40,376 nt of DNA from Clostridiales bacterium (GCA_014799645.1 JAAVHQ010000025.1:94388-134763), one strand, 5' to 3'; positions 20,801 through 26,531 are shown, numbered from the stretch's first letter. Made by a program: numbers and translations. The notes: generated by a model from the sequence alone, not told the origin.

Positions 20801-21019
20801 AATTACTTTCGAATTAGTCGCATTATACTGCCCGACCTTTTTTATACCAAACGCGCTATTGCTGTACTCAGTAATCCTAGTATCAAGGTTACTAAGTCCT
20901 ACGTCCGGATTTGATTTATGTAAATTGGGCGCGCATAGTATACCCGTAGTCACGACTGCCGCAATGAGCATTATCGATACGACTACCGCAGTAAGCTTGC
21001 GCTTTGTCAAAGAATTCAT
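11849..21019 (-). CDS. giant (about 3056-aa) membrane-anchored surface protein with >20 degenerate MBG (YGX-type)/YDG-like repeats
   Basis: One 9.2-kb ORF.
- Start: the track start at 21034 lacks an RBS. The ATG at 21019 (MNSLTKRKLTAVVVSIMLIAAVVTTGILCA, signal/anchor) is preceded by GGGGGA 7 nt upstream.
- Body: the units are variable in length, mostly about 80-150 aa, of the form phi-x-phi-x-K/R-R/A-x-phi-x-phi ... (T/E)YG, YDG or YNG ... G-x-Y ... NY. Examples are FEITKRPITITVKNQELTYGSAD and FVINPREVDIIWNGESFTYDGQLH.
- C-terminus: VGLIIGIVAAVAAVAVIAIVLIIVLTKKKKGKKDVA, i.e. a TM helix plus basic stop-transfer tail with no LPXTG. Confidence 0.9.
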   Translation of the reverse strand: MNSLTKRKLTAVVVSIMLIAAVVTTGILCAPNLHKSNPDVGLSNLDTRITEYSNSAFGIKKVGQYNATNSKVIRISDTADGSYGADIWYPTAIYLNKGESLQDAGYYFYFQCHSSTGSYDALLFWHNIMGRYTQTTITNNVDANAKIFNDYFENYSFSFENGGFRSSGIGGKKFNGNDNASPGGGNAGTNAYNAVILGAIDDSNSSPTLTVFMQGNPKSNIDYKKYDYKTYTGDQIALYERWTGTVTNQNKNKLGLATDFTTASTNTMHAEWAYYTNDEGKHVKGTQSIEIPSKTASENVLNPTKSTPDLEIEVHIYDKQALLDARNKLEDSYNDLQNFATNASVAKGYIDLADQYLAKREVNADDMTALTNDMNNFVFTVGRPVETYPTPWTYGDKNGNETKLETLWVDGYNATTAKYFDAHIHNDIYGQFDTAKTTPEKVEDRYVANAATYNSDGYVKNAGEYTITFRPRNKSEADGIYHPVKWTEDPDTVDSTMKLTILRGNMTVDTDDFDPEDIIYGYTGEAISHNMPIDSSVVSLRGNMALSGANLVVKLSNYDLGTDNAREWDEEGRANSVSFTEVGVHRVYYRIQADNHLAYRGSYTITITPATLAVTFKTGANRVATTYGDEVLSSSDIISRGVASVKLNGNDTSINLNDVITVGVFTSTQSSATQITNRYTNAREDGYPVRITGYGALSSDDLQVDEDEWYQYQIENQSNPIDSWNKRVNVTLSEANSAYVINKKEVTIIWNMDAQDVQYYDGGSGHRPDISKMTVDGKIDEDGKDFVFSIRIIGDGQITIDDVTYVAPLVNRRTDVDGVSYGSAMWAGTYTATAVLSIEDDYTSVNYTITNATQTFEIKQRDLVVDMKDMEFEYAQTINEISRNSRSTSASEFLDFYTESMFADNDYAEDNAKIYTYGLNDKGEQTSLAIAGRASTVFEVDIVGAETTNPSNFGSEDNFYTAKTHVGVLVARLRSPKDGETDSDGEPLVQARINSYNFVSHEADLIIHEATIISDRQDMRKTYRTTPQEFALNVELLKDKGLSGYELLHYKEEGVVRFEYSLEQNGEYSTNPIALYGYKGGQATVIYYKIKVANHYEVSGHFEAYIDRLPVEINIGNQVVEYFYGDDIPDNDKLIAALGITSTAYTNDDGDEHEYAFSIGTNLEFYLTDNGQAFTNRDHGAGNYSLALRSKGDGELLENYIFTWTGRLAAGAFKISQRPLIIDWRQTGDEWQDGMSYIYDTTIPTIQPIIRQYRRVDANLTDANQIGDATADDNDGDYIENYLEIATSAITLRSQRLSGSTVGAYTTAQASLTNANDQRNYCLVNDTTIFNIVKREIEIDVFDKSATYGSASTVPMGVLTNPTSVGANWRYHTADGRKFVGDHYMYWEVSTIAQSSVEGQYNGVGNYPIVFSTNDGGSISSNYTIIPYRVSYDDDNNETVTPSDSFDSVATFKITKANLSIMHNEFNFDASPKSEDSNSPVETCELTISEIREIIRVVGGTKLADLTIEMSDIFEYTTGTNLGNQIPDGIDMNFTIANRSMEQLGKFYVWIRVTNENYNEFVTPIYISNYSSWISIKFNSTTVGTNYGDNIMNSTRLFAALRDGFASESNTDTASIVGVMSDAATNTGSQLLGRKAWDAIIARGYFSLYVVEDVTTRLDVGFYTINMTIDPEKAVYTSEGVQQELHIRFIGATAGRGKTSNVDKYEVKQRPIWLNFDPSIDEVYGDHSDISPSHTGFEIGNILEEDEEAGTVRPILTYTYRNGDSVGEGHVHYVGEYTVRLTGVSHSNYRVPTSTEYSELGITANNIRKFFEITKRPITITVKNQELTYGSADARITGSNNNIDIYLNSDDIYTISGRGLYPGHNPSDIFVLSSPEAIDATREVSSSLNYLVVGTFNIEGDYKGGLISDQYLISFETEFRDETYATLTINKATATIDTNTFKSISFDGAWHCPLADVNDVLAFTFQGDADYIRGHRNTYFNEDVNADPNDPTGWVQIWRNGQYVEDNDFTFRNAGTYTFAVMVRSDNHETVVRRDISYEILPVNVVINMTGTVEKTYGDVVTNLSDRIKTDTKVSYTITTASGTPWDSSMKTKIDDALTFYVVAGGEDGANGGAATADFTNDVGYYRVYHRFIDSNERANYVIDYATNASGVRCNAAAYHINRRVAEVVWYTRKDGVTGSQITYSEEEFLARADVWSSGKEFEYANGGIGLRAAYTGIRYNEDGDLETYYIPLTVSGVGSHARSNAYTANAAFNTTSTYSAINKNYTIPSGTTFVHTIVPRKVSVRISSQGTTYGYTKAQILNAFNDSETQWNAEDGEIVPEGINIWLDLSMYENNQYVDADTYSIRAAYEGDSEGYFDFAVTFKDKDGNEGWGVYTVRKHAAIDNMVDSMVGLVYNGAEQEVDVWSYIDSLGDSDDLLVGAMNWSDVTVKYSDTASQDANDYSAQKRTVKNATSGTPIYYMLSLKNYEDTFGEISVIVRSAEIRYNADIVEIQYGETQLTSDELFKQMNIRVNEDESDPLAVQLKELVEFYVVDNNHTIGTYRIRARFKNEADSSNITVRNQYSDIIEGVEESATAYPYHIVRRVLTVNWGETVFVYNARQQEFTADGFDNVLPGEEISPATYSVVERDESGEVISQTSGNGVNVGKYEVKIVVNRETGTNANYVVKEEDSYMIFEIIPKEIELTWSNLSFEYDREVHLPKATIARGSILGTDYCNIPEENWYSLEKVSGSGTEFGKDAGTYRINVVALDNDNYTVPASQATTFVINPREVDIIWNGESFTYDGQLHCITATIAEGGILGTDECEVIVNGDAKDAGWHNAVATGLTNPNYRLRRGNAGQSFAINKATISQVTWSDTSLTYKEENGIGQAQLPTVTAVVGAIPGDAIEFELIVSEGEAVNVGTYTATILMIKGGNYSLDITNNTMKFTISQADNAFVEEIKMPEPDGGLPVLADFANVTAKYGKATIKYYTDAECQNEYTGDISEASKGTYYVVISVEGTQNYKAVASQAFAIEVEGKSNVGLIIGIVAAVAAVAVIAIVLIIVLTKKKKGKKDVA

Positions 21020-21058
21020 AGAATATTCCCCCATCTTAGTTTATAATTTTACATATAC

Positions 21059-21088
21059 ATTGTATCACCCTACATTCAACGGTGTCAA
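21059..21088 (-). promoter_or_regulatory. promoter of the 3061-aa surface protein gene
   Basis: Minus strand TTGACA (21088..21083), 18 nt ending in TGA (extended -10), TACAAT (21064..21059). Confidence 0.6.
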
Positions 21089-21131
21089 TAGATGAGAAAA
21101 AAGTTTTTACAAAGTTTTTTAACAAATTTTG

Positions 21132-21164
21132 GAAAAAAAGAAGAGTAAGCCGTCGGCTTACTCT
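21132..21164 (-). terminator. intrinsic terminator of the ABC exporter operon
   Basis: 10-bp stem AGAGTAAGCC / GGCTTACTCT (21142..21151 and 21155..21164) that includes the stop codon. On the minus strand it is followed by TCTTTTTTTCC. Confidence 0.8.
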
Positions 21165-23083
21165 AATTCGAATGCGCCAGTATACAACTGATAATACTGA
21201 CCTTTTAGCGCAATAAGTTCCTCATGCGAGCCTTTTTCTATTATTCTGCCGTGATCTAATACTATTATCACGTCGGAATTTTGCACGGTGGAAAGTCTGT
21301 GCGCGATAATAAATACCGTCCTGCCTTCCATAAGTCTGTCCATACCTTGTTGGACGAGCGCTTCGGTACGCGTATCGATAGAGGACGTCGCTTCGTCGAG
21401 TATCATTACCGGCGCGTCGGCTACCGCCGCTCTTGCGATAGAGAGCAACTGCTTTTGTCCTTGCGAGAGATTTGCGCCGTCGCCCGTGAGCATTGTCGAA
21501 TAACCGCTCGGAAGTCTTGTGATGAAGTCGTGCGCGTTGGCAAGTTTCGCGGCGGCGATACATTCTTCGTCGGTTGCGTCAAGTCTGCCGTAACGGATAT
21601 TGTCCATTATCGTACCCGTGAAGAGATTCGTATCTTGCAAGACGATACCCAAAGACCTGCGCAAGTCGCCTTTCTTGATCTTATTAATATTTATACCGTC
21701 ATATCTTATCTTGCCGTCGGCAATGTCATAGAATCTATTGATAAGGTTGGTAATCGTAGTCTTGCCCGCGCCCGTCGCGCCAACGAAAGCGATTTTCTGT
21801 CCTTTATTGGCGTGTATCGTCACGTCGTGCAAGACGATTTTGTTCTCTACGTAACCGAAGTCTACTTCGTTGAGTTCAATATCTCCGGTAAGTCTTTGAT
21901 AGGTGACAGTACCTTCAGCCTTGTGCGGATGCTTCCAAGCCCATATACCCGTACGCTCCTCGCTCTCGCAAAGATTGCCGTCGCCGTCTTCCTTTGCATT
22001 GACTAGCGTGACGTAGCCTTCGTCAGTCTCGGGCACTTGGTCAAGCAACTCGAATATTCTGCCCGCGCCTGCCGTCGCCATAACAACCGAATTGACCTGC
22101 GAGGACACTTGACCGATGTTGAATGAAAACTGTCTGCTCATATTCAAGAAAGATATTATTACGCCCATCTCCACGCCCGCCTTAGATAGACCCGTCAACG
22201 AAAGATTCGGCACGTTGTAAAGTACGAATACTCCGCCGATAATCGCTACGACTACGTAGAGCGCGTATCCGATGTTACCCAACATCGGCATTAATATATT
22301 GCCGTAAGAATTCGCCTTTTCCGCGTCCTTGAACAATTGGTCGTTGATTGCGTCGAAATCTCTCTTCGATTGCTCTTCGTGGCAGAAGACTTTGATTACC
22401 TTCTGTCCGTTCATCATCTCTTCGACGAAGCCTTCGCTTCTGCCGATAGACATTTGTTGCTTGATAAAGTGCTTCGCGCTCTTTCCGCCTATCGTCTTTG
22501 TCACCATAAGCATTGCCACCACTCCGACAAATACTACGAGCGTAAGCCATATACTCATAGAGAGCATAGTCACTATAAGCGTGATCATTGCGACGAACGA
22601 CGCGTACGCTTGCGGTAGACTTTGAGAAATCATTTGTCTAATCGCATCGGTGTCGTTGGTATAGCAACTCATTACGTCGCCGTGCGTGTGCGTGTCGAAA
22701 TACCTAATCGGCAAGGACTGCATTTTCTCGAACATATCGCGTCTCATATGATACAAAAAGCCTTGCGTGACGTAAGCCATAAGCCTGTTGTAGACAAACG
22801 AGCATATAAGTCCGACAACGTACACTCCCGCCATAAGGGCGATTATCGAATATAGTTTCGTCTTTACGCTCTCCCATCCGCCAGCAATTCCCGGCTCGAT
22901 TACGTTGGAAATGATGACTTTGAGGAAGATTGAAGAACTTATCGCCGCCATTGAGTTGAGCGTGATACATATCGCAACGACTACAAGTTGAACCTTGTAA
23001 TACTTGAACATAAATTTGAGCAATCTGCCGAGAATGGACAGTACGCCCGGCTTGCCTTGTCTTTGAATATTCTTCTTATTCAC
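21158..23083 (-). CDS. ABC exporter half-transporter (TMD-NBD), consensus-Walker-B subunit of a heterodimer
   Basis: 641 aa with an N-terminal 6-TM domain. Motifs are Walker A GATGAGKTT, Walker B VMILDEATSSID (catalytic E present) and a non-canonical signature LSQGQ. An insertion of about 40 aa (EDGDGNLCESEERTGIWAWKHPHKAEG) lies at the start of the NBD. There is an 8-nt overlap with the upstream partner. Confidence 0.9.
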   Translation of the reverse strand: MNKKNIQRQGKPGVLSILGRLLKFMFKYYKVQLVVVAICITLNSMAAISSSIFLKVIISNVIEPGIAGGWESVKTKLYSIIALMAGVYVVGLICSFVYNRLMAYVTQGFLYHMRRDMFEKMQSLPIRYFDTHTHGDVMSCYTNDTDAIRQMISQSLPQAYASFVAMITLIVTMLSMSIWLTLVVFVGVVAMLMVTKTIGGKSAKHFIKQQMSIGRSEGFVEEMMNGQKVIKVFCHEEQSKRDFDAINDQLFKDAEKANSYGNILMPMLGNIGYALYVVVAIIGGVFVLYNVPNLSLTGLSKAGVEMGVIISFLNMSRQFSFNIGQVSSQVNSVVMATAGAGRIFELLDQVPETDEGYVTLVNAKEDGDGNLCESEERTGIWAWKHPHKAEGTVTYQRLTGDIELNEVDFGYVENKIVLHDVTIHANKGQKIAFVGATGAGKTTITNLINRFYDIADGKIRYDGININKIKKGDLRRSLGIVLQDTNLFTGTIMDNIRYGRLDATDEECIAAAKLANAHDFITRLPSGYSTMLTGDGANLSQGQKQLLSIARAAVADAPVMILDEATSSIDTRTEALVQQGMDRLMEGRTVFIIAHRLSTVQNSDVIIVLDHGRIIEKGSHEELIALKGQYYQLYTGAFELE

Positions 23084-24827
23084 CGTCTACGCCCTCCTCG
23101 CTCGAATTTGCTTTGTTTTGAGAGTAATACACCTCTTGATAAATTGCGTTGCGTGCAAGCAATTCGTCGTGCGTGCCGATGTCCGCTACGCTTCCGCCGT
23201 CCATGACGATAATCTTGTCGGCGTCTTGCACGGACGCTACTCTTTGCGCTATGATAAATTTCGTCGTGTCGGGAATATCTTCCTTGAACGCCGTCCTTAT
23301 CAAAGCGTCGGTCTTTGTGTCAACCGCGCTCGTCGAGTCGTCGAGTATGAGTATCTTCGGCTTTTTGAGAAGCGCTCTTGCGATACAAAGTCTTTGTTTT
23401 TGTCCGCCCGATACGTTGCTGCCGCCTTGCTCGATATAAGTGTCGTATTTTTCAGGGAAACCCATGATAAACTCGTGAGCCTGAGCCAAACGACATACTC
23501 TCTCCAACTCCTCGTCGCTCGCATGAGGATTGCCCCAACGCAAGTTCTCTTTAATCGTACCCGAGAAGAGCACGTTTTTTTGCAAGACTACCGCAACTTG
23601 ATTTCTCAAAGCGTCCAAGTCGTAGTCCTTGACGTTCACTCCGCCGACGTAGACGTGCCCGTTTGTCGCGTCGTAAAGTCTTGGGATAAGGTTGACGAGC
23701 GAAGTCTTGCTGCTGCCCGTTCCGCCGAGTATACCCACCGTCTCGCCCGACTTGATGTCGAGATTTACGCCTTTGAGCGCTCTTCTGTCAGCCTTTATAT
23801 CGTACTTGAAGTCTACGTCTTCAAATCTGACCGATCCGTCTTTGACTTCATAGATAGGATTTTCGGGATTATGCAAATCGCTCTCTTCTTCAAGCACTTC
23901 GACTATACGCTTTGCCGAAGTCTTGGATATGGAAATCATTATCATTACCATATTGAGCATCATAAGAGACGAAAGTATTTGCGTAGCGTAGACGATAAGC
24001 GAAGATATTTGCGAGGAATTGTCAACCCCGTTCTTCACTCCGAACATAGTACCCAAAAAGCATATCAACAGTATTGCCGACCACATACAAAACTGCATAA
24101 GCGGATTGGCAAACGCGATAATCTTCTCGCCCTTCAAAAACTCCCATCTTACGTTGTCCGCAGTCTTTGCAAACTTCTCGTTTTCATACTCGTCTCTTAC
24201 GTAAGACTTGACTACTCTTATGCCCTTGATATTCTCTTGAATAGACGCGTTCATCGCGTCGTATTTCTTGAATACTCTGTTGAAGATTGGGTCTACCAAT
24301 CTGAACATTAAGAACAGACCGATTGCAAGTATCGGTATCAATATCAAGAATATCCACGCTATTTTCGGGTTTAGCACGAAAGCCATTATCAATGAAAATA
24401 CCAACATTATCGGCGCGCGGAATGCTATTCTGATAATCATCATATAAGCCATTTGCACGTTGGCAACGTCGGTCGTCATTCTCGTGACTAGGCTGGACGT
24501 GGAAAACTTGTCGATGTTGGAAAATGAAAAGCCTTGCACTCTGTAGTACATATCCTTACGCAAATTCCTTGCAAAGCCTGTCGAGGCGGTCGCCGCGAAC
24601 TTTCCCGACAAAATGCCGAACAACAACGCAAACCCTGCCAACAACAAGAGTATTACGCCATTGACGATAATATTCTTCAACGAATTGTCTTCCTGTATCG
24701 AATCAAGCATCGTGACCATATACAGCGGAATGATACATTCCATCGCCACTTCGAGCGTGACGAACAACGGCGACAGTATCGACGAAAGTTTGAATTCCCT
24801 AATGCTCCTTGCTAATTTCTTTAACAT
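23076..24827 (-). CDS. ABC exporter half-transporter (TMD-NBD), degenerate-site subunit of a heterodimer
   Basis: 583 aa. Motifs are Walker A GGTGSSKTS, canonical signature VSGGQ, and Walker B ILILDDSTSAVD with Asp replacing the catalytic Glu. Confidence 0.9.
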   Translation of the reverse strand: MLKKLARSIREFKLSSILSPLFVTLEVAMECIIPLYMVTMLDSIQEDNSLKNIIVNGVILLLLAGFALLFGILSGKFAATASTGFARNLRKDMYYRVQGFSFSNIDKFSTSSLVTRMTTDVANVQMAYMMIIRIAFRAPIMLVFSLIMAFVLNPKIAWIFLILIPILAIGLFLMFRLVDPIFNRVFKKYDAMNASIQENIKGIRVVKSYVRDEYENEKFAKTADNVRWEFLKGEKIIAFANPLMQFCMWSAILLICFLGTMFGVKNGVDNSSQISSLIVYATQILSSLMMLNMVMIMISISKTSAKRIVEVLEEESDLHNPENPIYEVKDGSVRFEDVDFKYDIKADRRALKGVNLDIKSGETVGILGGTGSSKTSLVNLIPRLYDATNGHVYVGGVNVKDYDLDALRNQVAVVLQKNVLFSGTIKENLRWGNPHASDEELERVCRLAQAHEFIMGFPEKYDTYIEQGGSNVSGGQKQRLCIARALLKKPKILILDDSTSAVDTKTDALIRTAFKEDIPDTTKFIIAQRVASVQDADKIIVMDGGSVADIGTHDELLARNAIYQEVYYSQNKANSSEEGVDGE

Positions 24828-24858
24828 TTTTCACCTAAATCAAATTCTTTTATTTTGT

Positions 24859-24887
24859 ATTATATGATTATTAAAAATTATTGTCAA
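24859..24887 (-). promoter_or_regulatory. consensus promoter of the ABC exporter operon
   Basis: Minus strand TTGACA (24887..24882), 17 nt, TATAAT (24864..24859). RBS AGGTGA precedes the ATG at 24827. Confidence 0.65.
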
Positions 24888-24975
24888 TCGGATAATGCCA
24901 CTTTTTTGAAAAATCAGCGTAAAGATTTTAATAAAAACGCGCGCTCTGCGAATACTATTTACAATAGGTGAATTT

Positions 24976-25485
24976 ATGACGAAAAACGTTAAGTATTATA
25001 CGGCGATGGGCATAATATTGACAGTGCTTTTGGGCGCGCTCTTTCACTTCATCTATGAGTGGACGGGCGGCAATTATATTGCAGGTCTCTTCTTCGCGAC
25101 CAACGAAAGCGTATGGGAACACATCAAACTCGCTCTTCTGCCTATGATGTTGATTTTCCTATTCGGCGGTATCTTCCTCAAAGGCGCGAACAACTTCGCC
25201 CAAGCCGCTTTTTGCGCTATGGCAACGGTGATAATCTTAATTCCGCTCGCATTCTTTTCGTACACACAAGCGATTGGCAAATCGGTCTTTCCAATGGACT
25301 TGACGATATTCATTCTCTCAATAGTCCTCGCCTATCTCGTAGCGTATAGAATTTTCGCCACTCCCCGTCGACCTGTACTCAATGCGCTTGCGCTCGTCGG
25401 CATAGCGGCGATAGTGGTGTGTTTCTTTACTTTTACCTACTACCCACCCGATTGTGTAATATTCAAAGAAGTCTATGCTGAGTGA
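24976..25485 (+). CDS. small integral membrane protein (about 5 TM; resembles DUF6512-type proteins by recollection)
   Basis: 169 aa. RBS AGGTGA lies 4 nt upstream of the ATG. Five hydrophobic segments are present, plus the NESVWEHIKLALLP motif. The family assignment is tentative. Confidence 0.75.
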   Translation: MTKNVKYYTAMGIILTVLLGALFHFIYEWTGGNYIAGLFFATNESVWEHIKLALLPMMLIFLFGGIFLKGANNFAQAAFCAMATVIILIPLAFFSYTQAIGKSVFPMDLTIFILSIVLAYLVAYRIFATPRRPVLNALALVGIAAIVVCFFTFTYYPPDCVIFKEVYAE

Positions 25486-25761
25486 CCGACTTTGTATAGC
25501 ACTGTGCCTTTCGCCCTAACGACTAGGACGCCCTCGGGATCACGTACGGCTAGTACGCTCACCGCTCGGTTGCCGTCGCACGGACAAAAATCACAGCACT
25601 CTCCAAAGCCGAGACAAGCGTTGATTAAATTGTTTTTACCATTTTTTACTCCGCACTCGCCACAGACTTATTTTGTTTTTGAAGTTATGGGCGGTGTAAA
25701 AGTATTTAACCGCCTTTGGACTTGGGTTATTCTATTGGAACTAAAATATTAGCAAAACTTT

Positions 25762-25989
25762 TTAATTTTCTTTATAATAATCTTCTATGCAAAGCAAATC
25801 GTTGGCATCCAAATCAAGTACTGCGCAAAGTTTTGCAAGATTGTCAATGGCGGGCATTTGTTTGCCTAATACGTAAGCAGAAACTTGTTGAGGTTTCACT
25901 CCTATTTGTCTTGCTATTTCGCTTTGTGACTTGCCGCTTTGTTTTATTGCTTCTGACAACTTCTTTTGTATTTTTTCAAATTTAATCAT
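25762..25989 (-). CDS. XRE-family helix-turn-helix transcriptional regulator
   Basis: 75 aa. KSQSEIARQIGVKPQQVSAYVLGKQMPAIDNLAKLCAVLDLDANDL is a canonical Cro/C1-type HTH. RBS GGAG lies 7 nt upstream. Confidence 0.85.
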   Translation of the reverse strand: MIKFEKIQKKLSEAIKQSGKSQSEIARQIGVKPQQVSAYVLGKQMPAIDNLAKLCAVLDLDANDLLCIEDYYKEN

Positions 25990-26024
25990 AATTTACTCCC
26001 TATAATGATTACGAAATTATATTA

Positions 26025-26075
26025 CATGCAATGGGTGAAAAATACTTGACTTTCATGCAATACATGCAATATAAT
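26025..26075 (+). promoter_or_regulatory. promoter of the 87-aa ORF with three CATGCAAT repeats (putative XRE operator)
   Basis: TTGACT (26046..26051), 18 nt, TATAAT (26070..26075). CATGCAAT occurs at 26025..26032, 26054..26061 and 26063..26070. Two copies fill the spacer. Confidence 0.55.
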
Positions 26076-26107
26076 CTGATTAACAATAAAAACACAAGAG
26101 GTTTGAT

Positions 26108-26371
26108 ATGGAAGACAACACAAAAATCATTAAAACTAAACAAAAACTAGATTGGAATTTAGTTTTTTTCTTTATGCGAATATTTTACGACTTTCCGTTA
26201 GTAATGCAAGATAAAGGATTTAGTGAAAGATTCGACCAATTATATAAGTACGTTTCTAGTAAAGTAAAGCCCCCATACAATGGCGATATACTAGAAGAAT
26301 ATGTAATAGTCGAGCAAAAGGCGACAAGTGACGAAGAATATGAAGCGTGGTTAGAAAGCAACAAACAATAG
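26108..26371 (+). CDS. hypothetical 87-aa protein, divergent from the XRE regulator
   Basis: RBS AAGAGG lies 6 nt upstream of the ATG and a strong promoter is directly upstream. No recognisable family. Confidence 0.55.
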   Translation: MEDNTKIIKTKQKLDWNLVFFFMRIFYDFPLVMQDKGFSERFDQLYKYVSSKVKPPYNGDILEEYVIVEQKATSDEEYEAWLESNKQ

Positions 26372-26491
26372 AATACCCCAAGTCCAAGGCGGTAAGTGTG
26401 TTTGCAATTTGGTGTATCATTTTTTGGGCTACGTCCCAAAAAGATGCCCGACACTAAATGCAAATTCACTTACAAGCCAAACCCTCAAACT

Positions 26492-26531
26492 AAAAAAATA
26501 AAGACCTTGCTATCAATGCTAGCAAGGTCTT
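26492..26531 (-). terminator. intrinsic terminator of the glycerol operon
   Basis: 12-bp stem AAGACCTTGCTA / TAGCAAGGTCTT (26501..26512 and 26520..26531). On the minus strand it is followed by TATTTTTTTAG. Confidence 0.8.

Noticed and set aside
11816-21095. A series of long plus-strand ORFs (368, 674, 293, 204, 260, 119, 291 aa and others) opposite the 3061-aa gene.
   Set aside because: All are codon-aligned mirror frames of the minus-strand gene, kept open by its avoidance of TTA/CTA/TCA. Their translations are low-complexity (V/C/R/S/F/I-rich) with no recognisable motifs, RBSs or promoters. The minus-strand product has coherent domain repeats, a signal and an anchor.
21281-24311. Plus- and minus-strand ORFs of 70-400 aa overlapping the two ABC exporter genes (e.g. 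23118..24311, 21281..22006, 21222..21563).
   Set aside because: These are the same mirror-frame or off-frame artefact, with Arg/Ser/His-rich nonsense translations. The ABC frames carry complete Walker A/B, signature and TMD features.
21158-24827. The ABC pair considered as a dedicated secretion system (T1SS) for the giant protein, or as a Wzm/Wzt glycan exporter.
   Set aside because: Both are fused TMD-NBD half-transporters of the multidrug/lipid-exporter type. There is no C39 peptidase domain, membrane-fusion protein or separate Wzm permease. The giant proteins have N-terminal Sec-type signals. The operon has its own promoter and terminator.
25492-25752. An 86-aa plus-strand ORF across the GC-rich patch.
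   Set aside because: It has no RBS and begins 7 nt after the preceding stop. Its S/T/P/R-rich composition simply reflects GC-rich DNA. It is treated as non-coding (see the finding on the patch).
26420-26442. The hairpin TTTTTTGGG-ctacgt-CCCAAAAA downstream of the 87-aa ORF, considered as a terminator.
   Set aside because: The T- and A-runs pair with each other instead of trailing the stem, only 3 G:C pairs are present, and no free U-tract follows on either strand.
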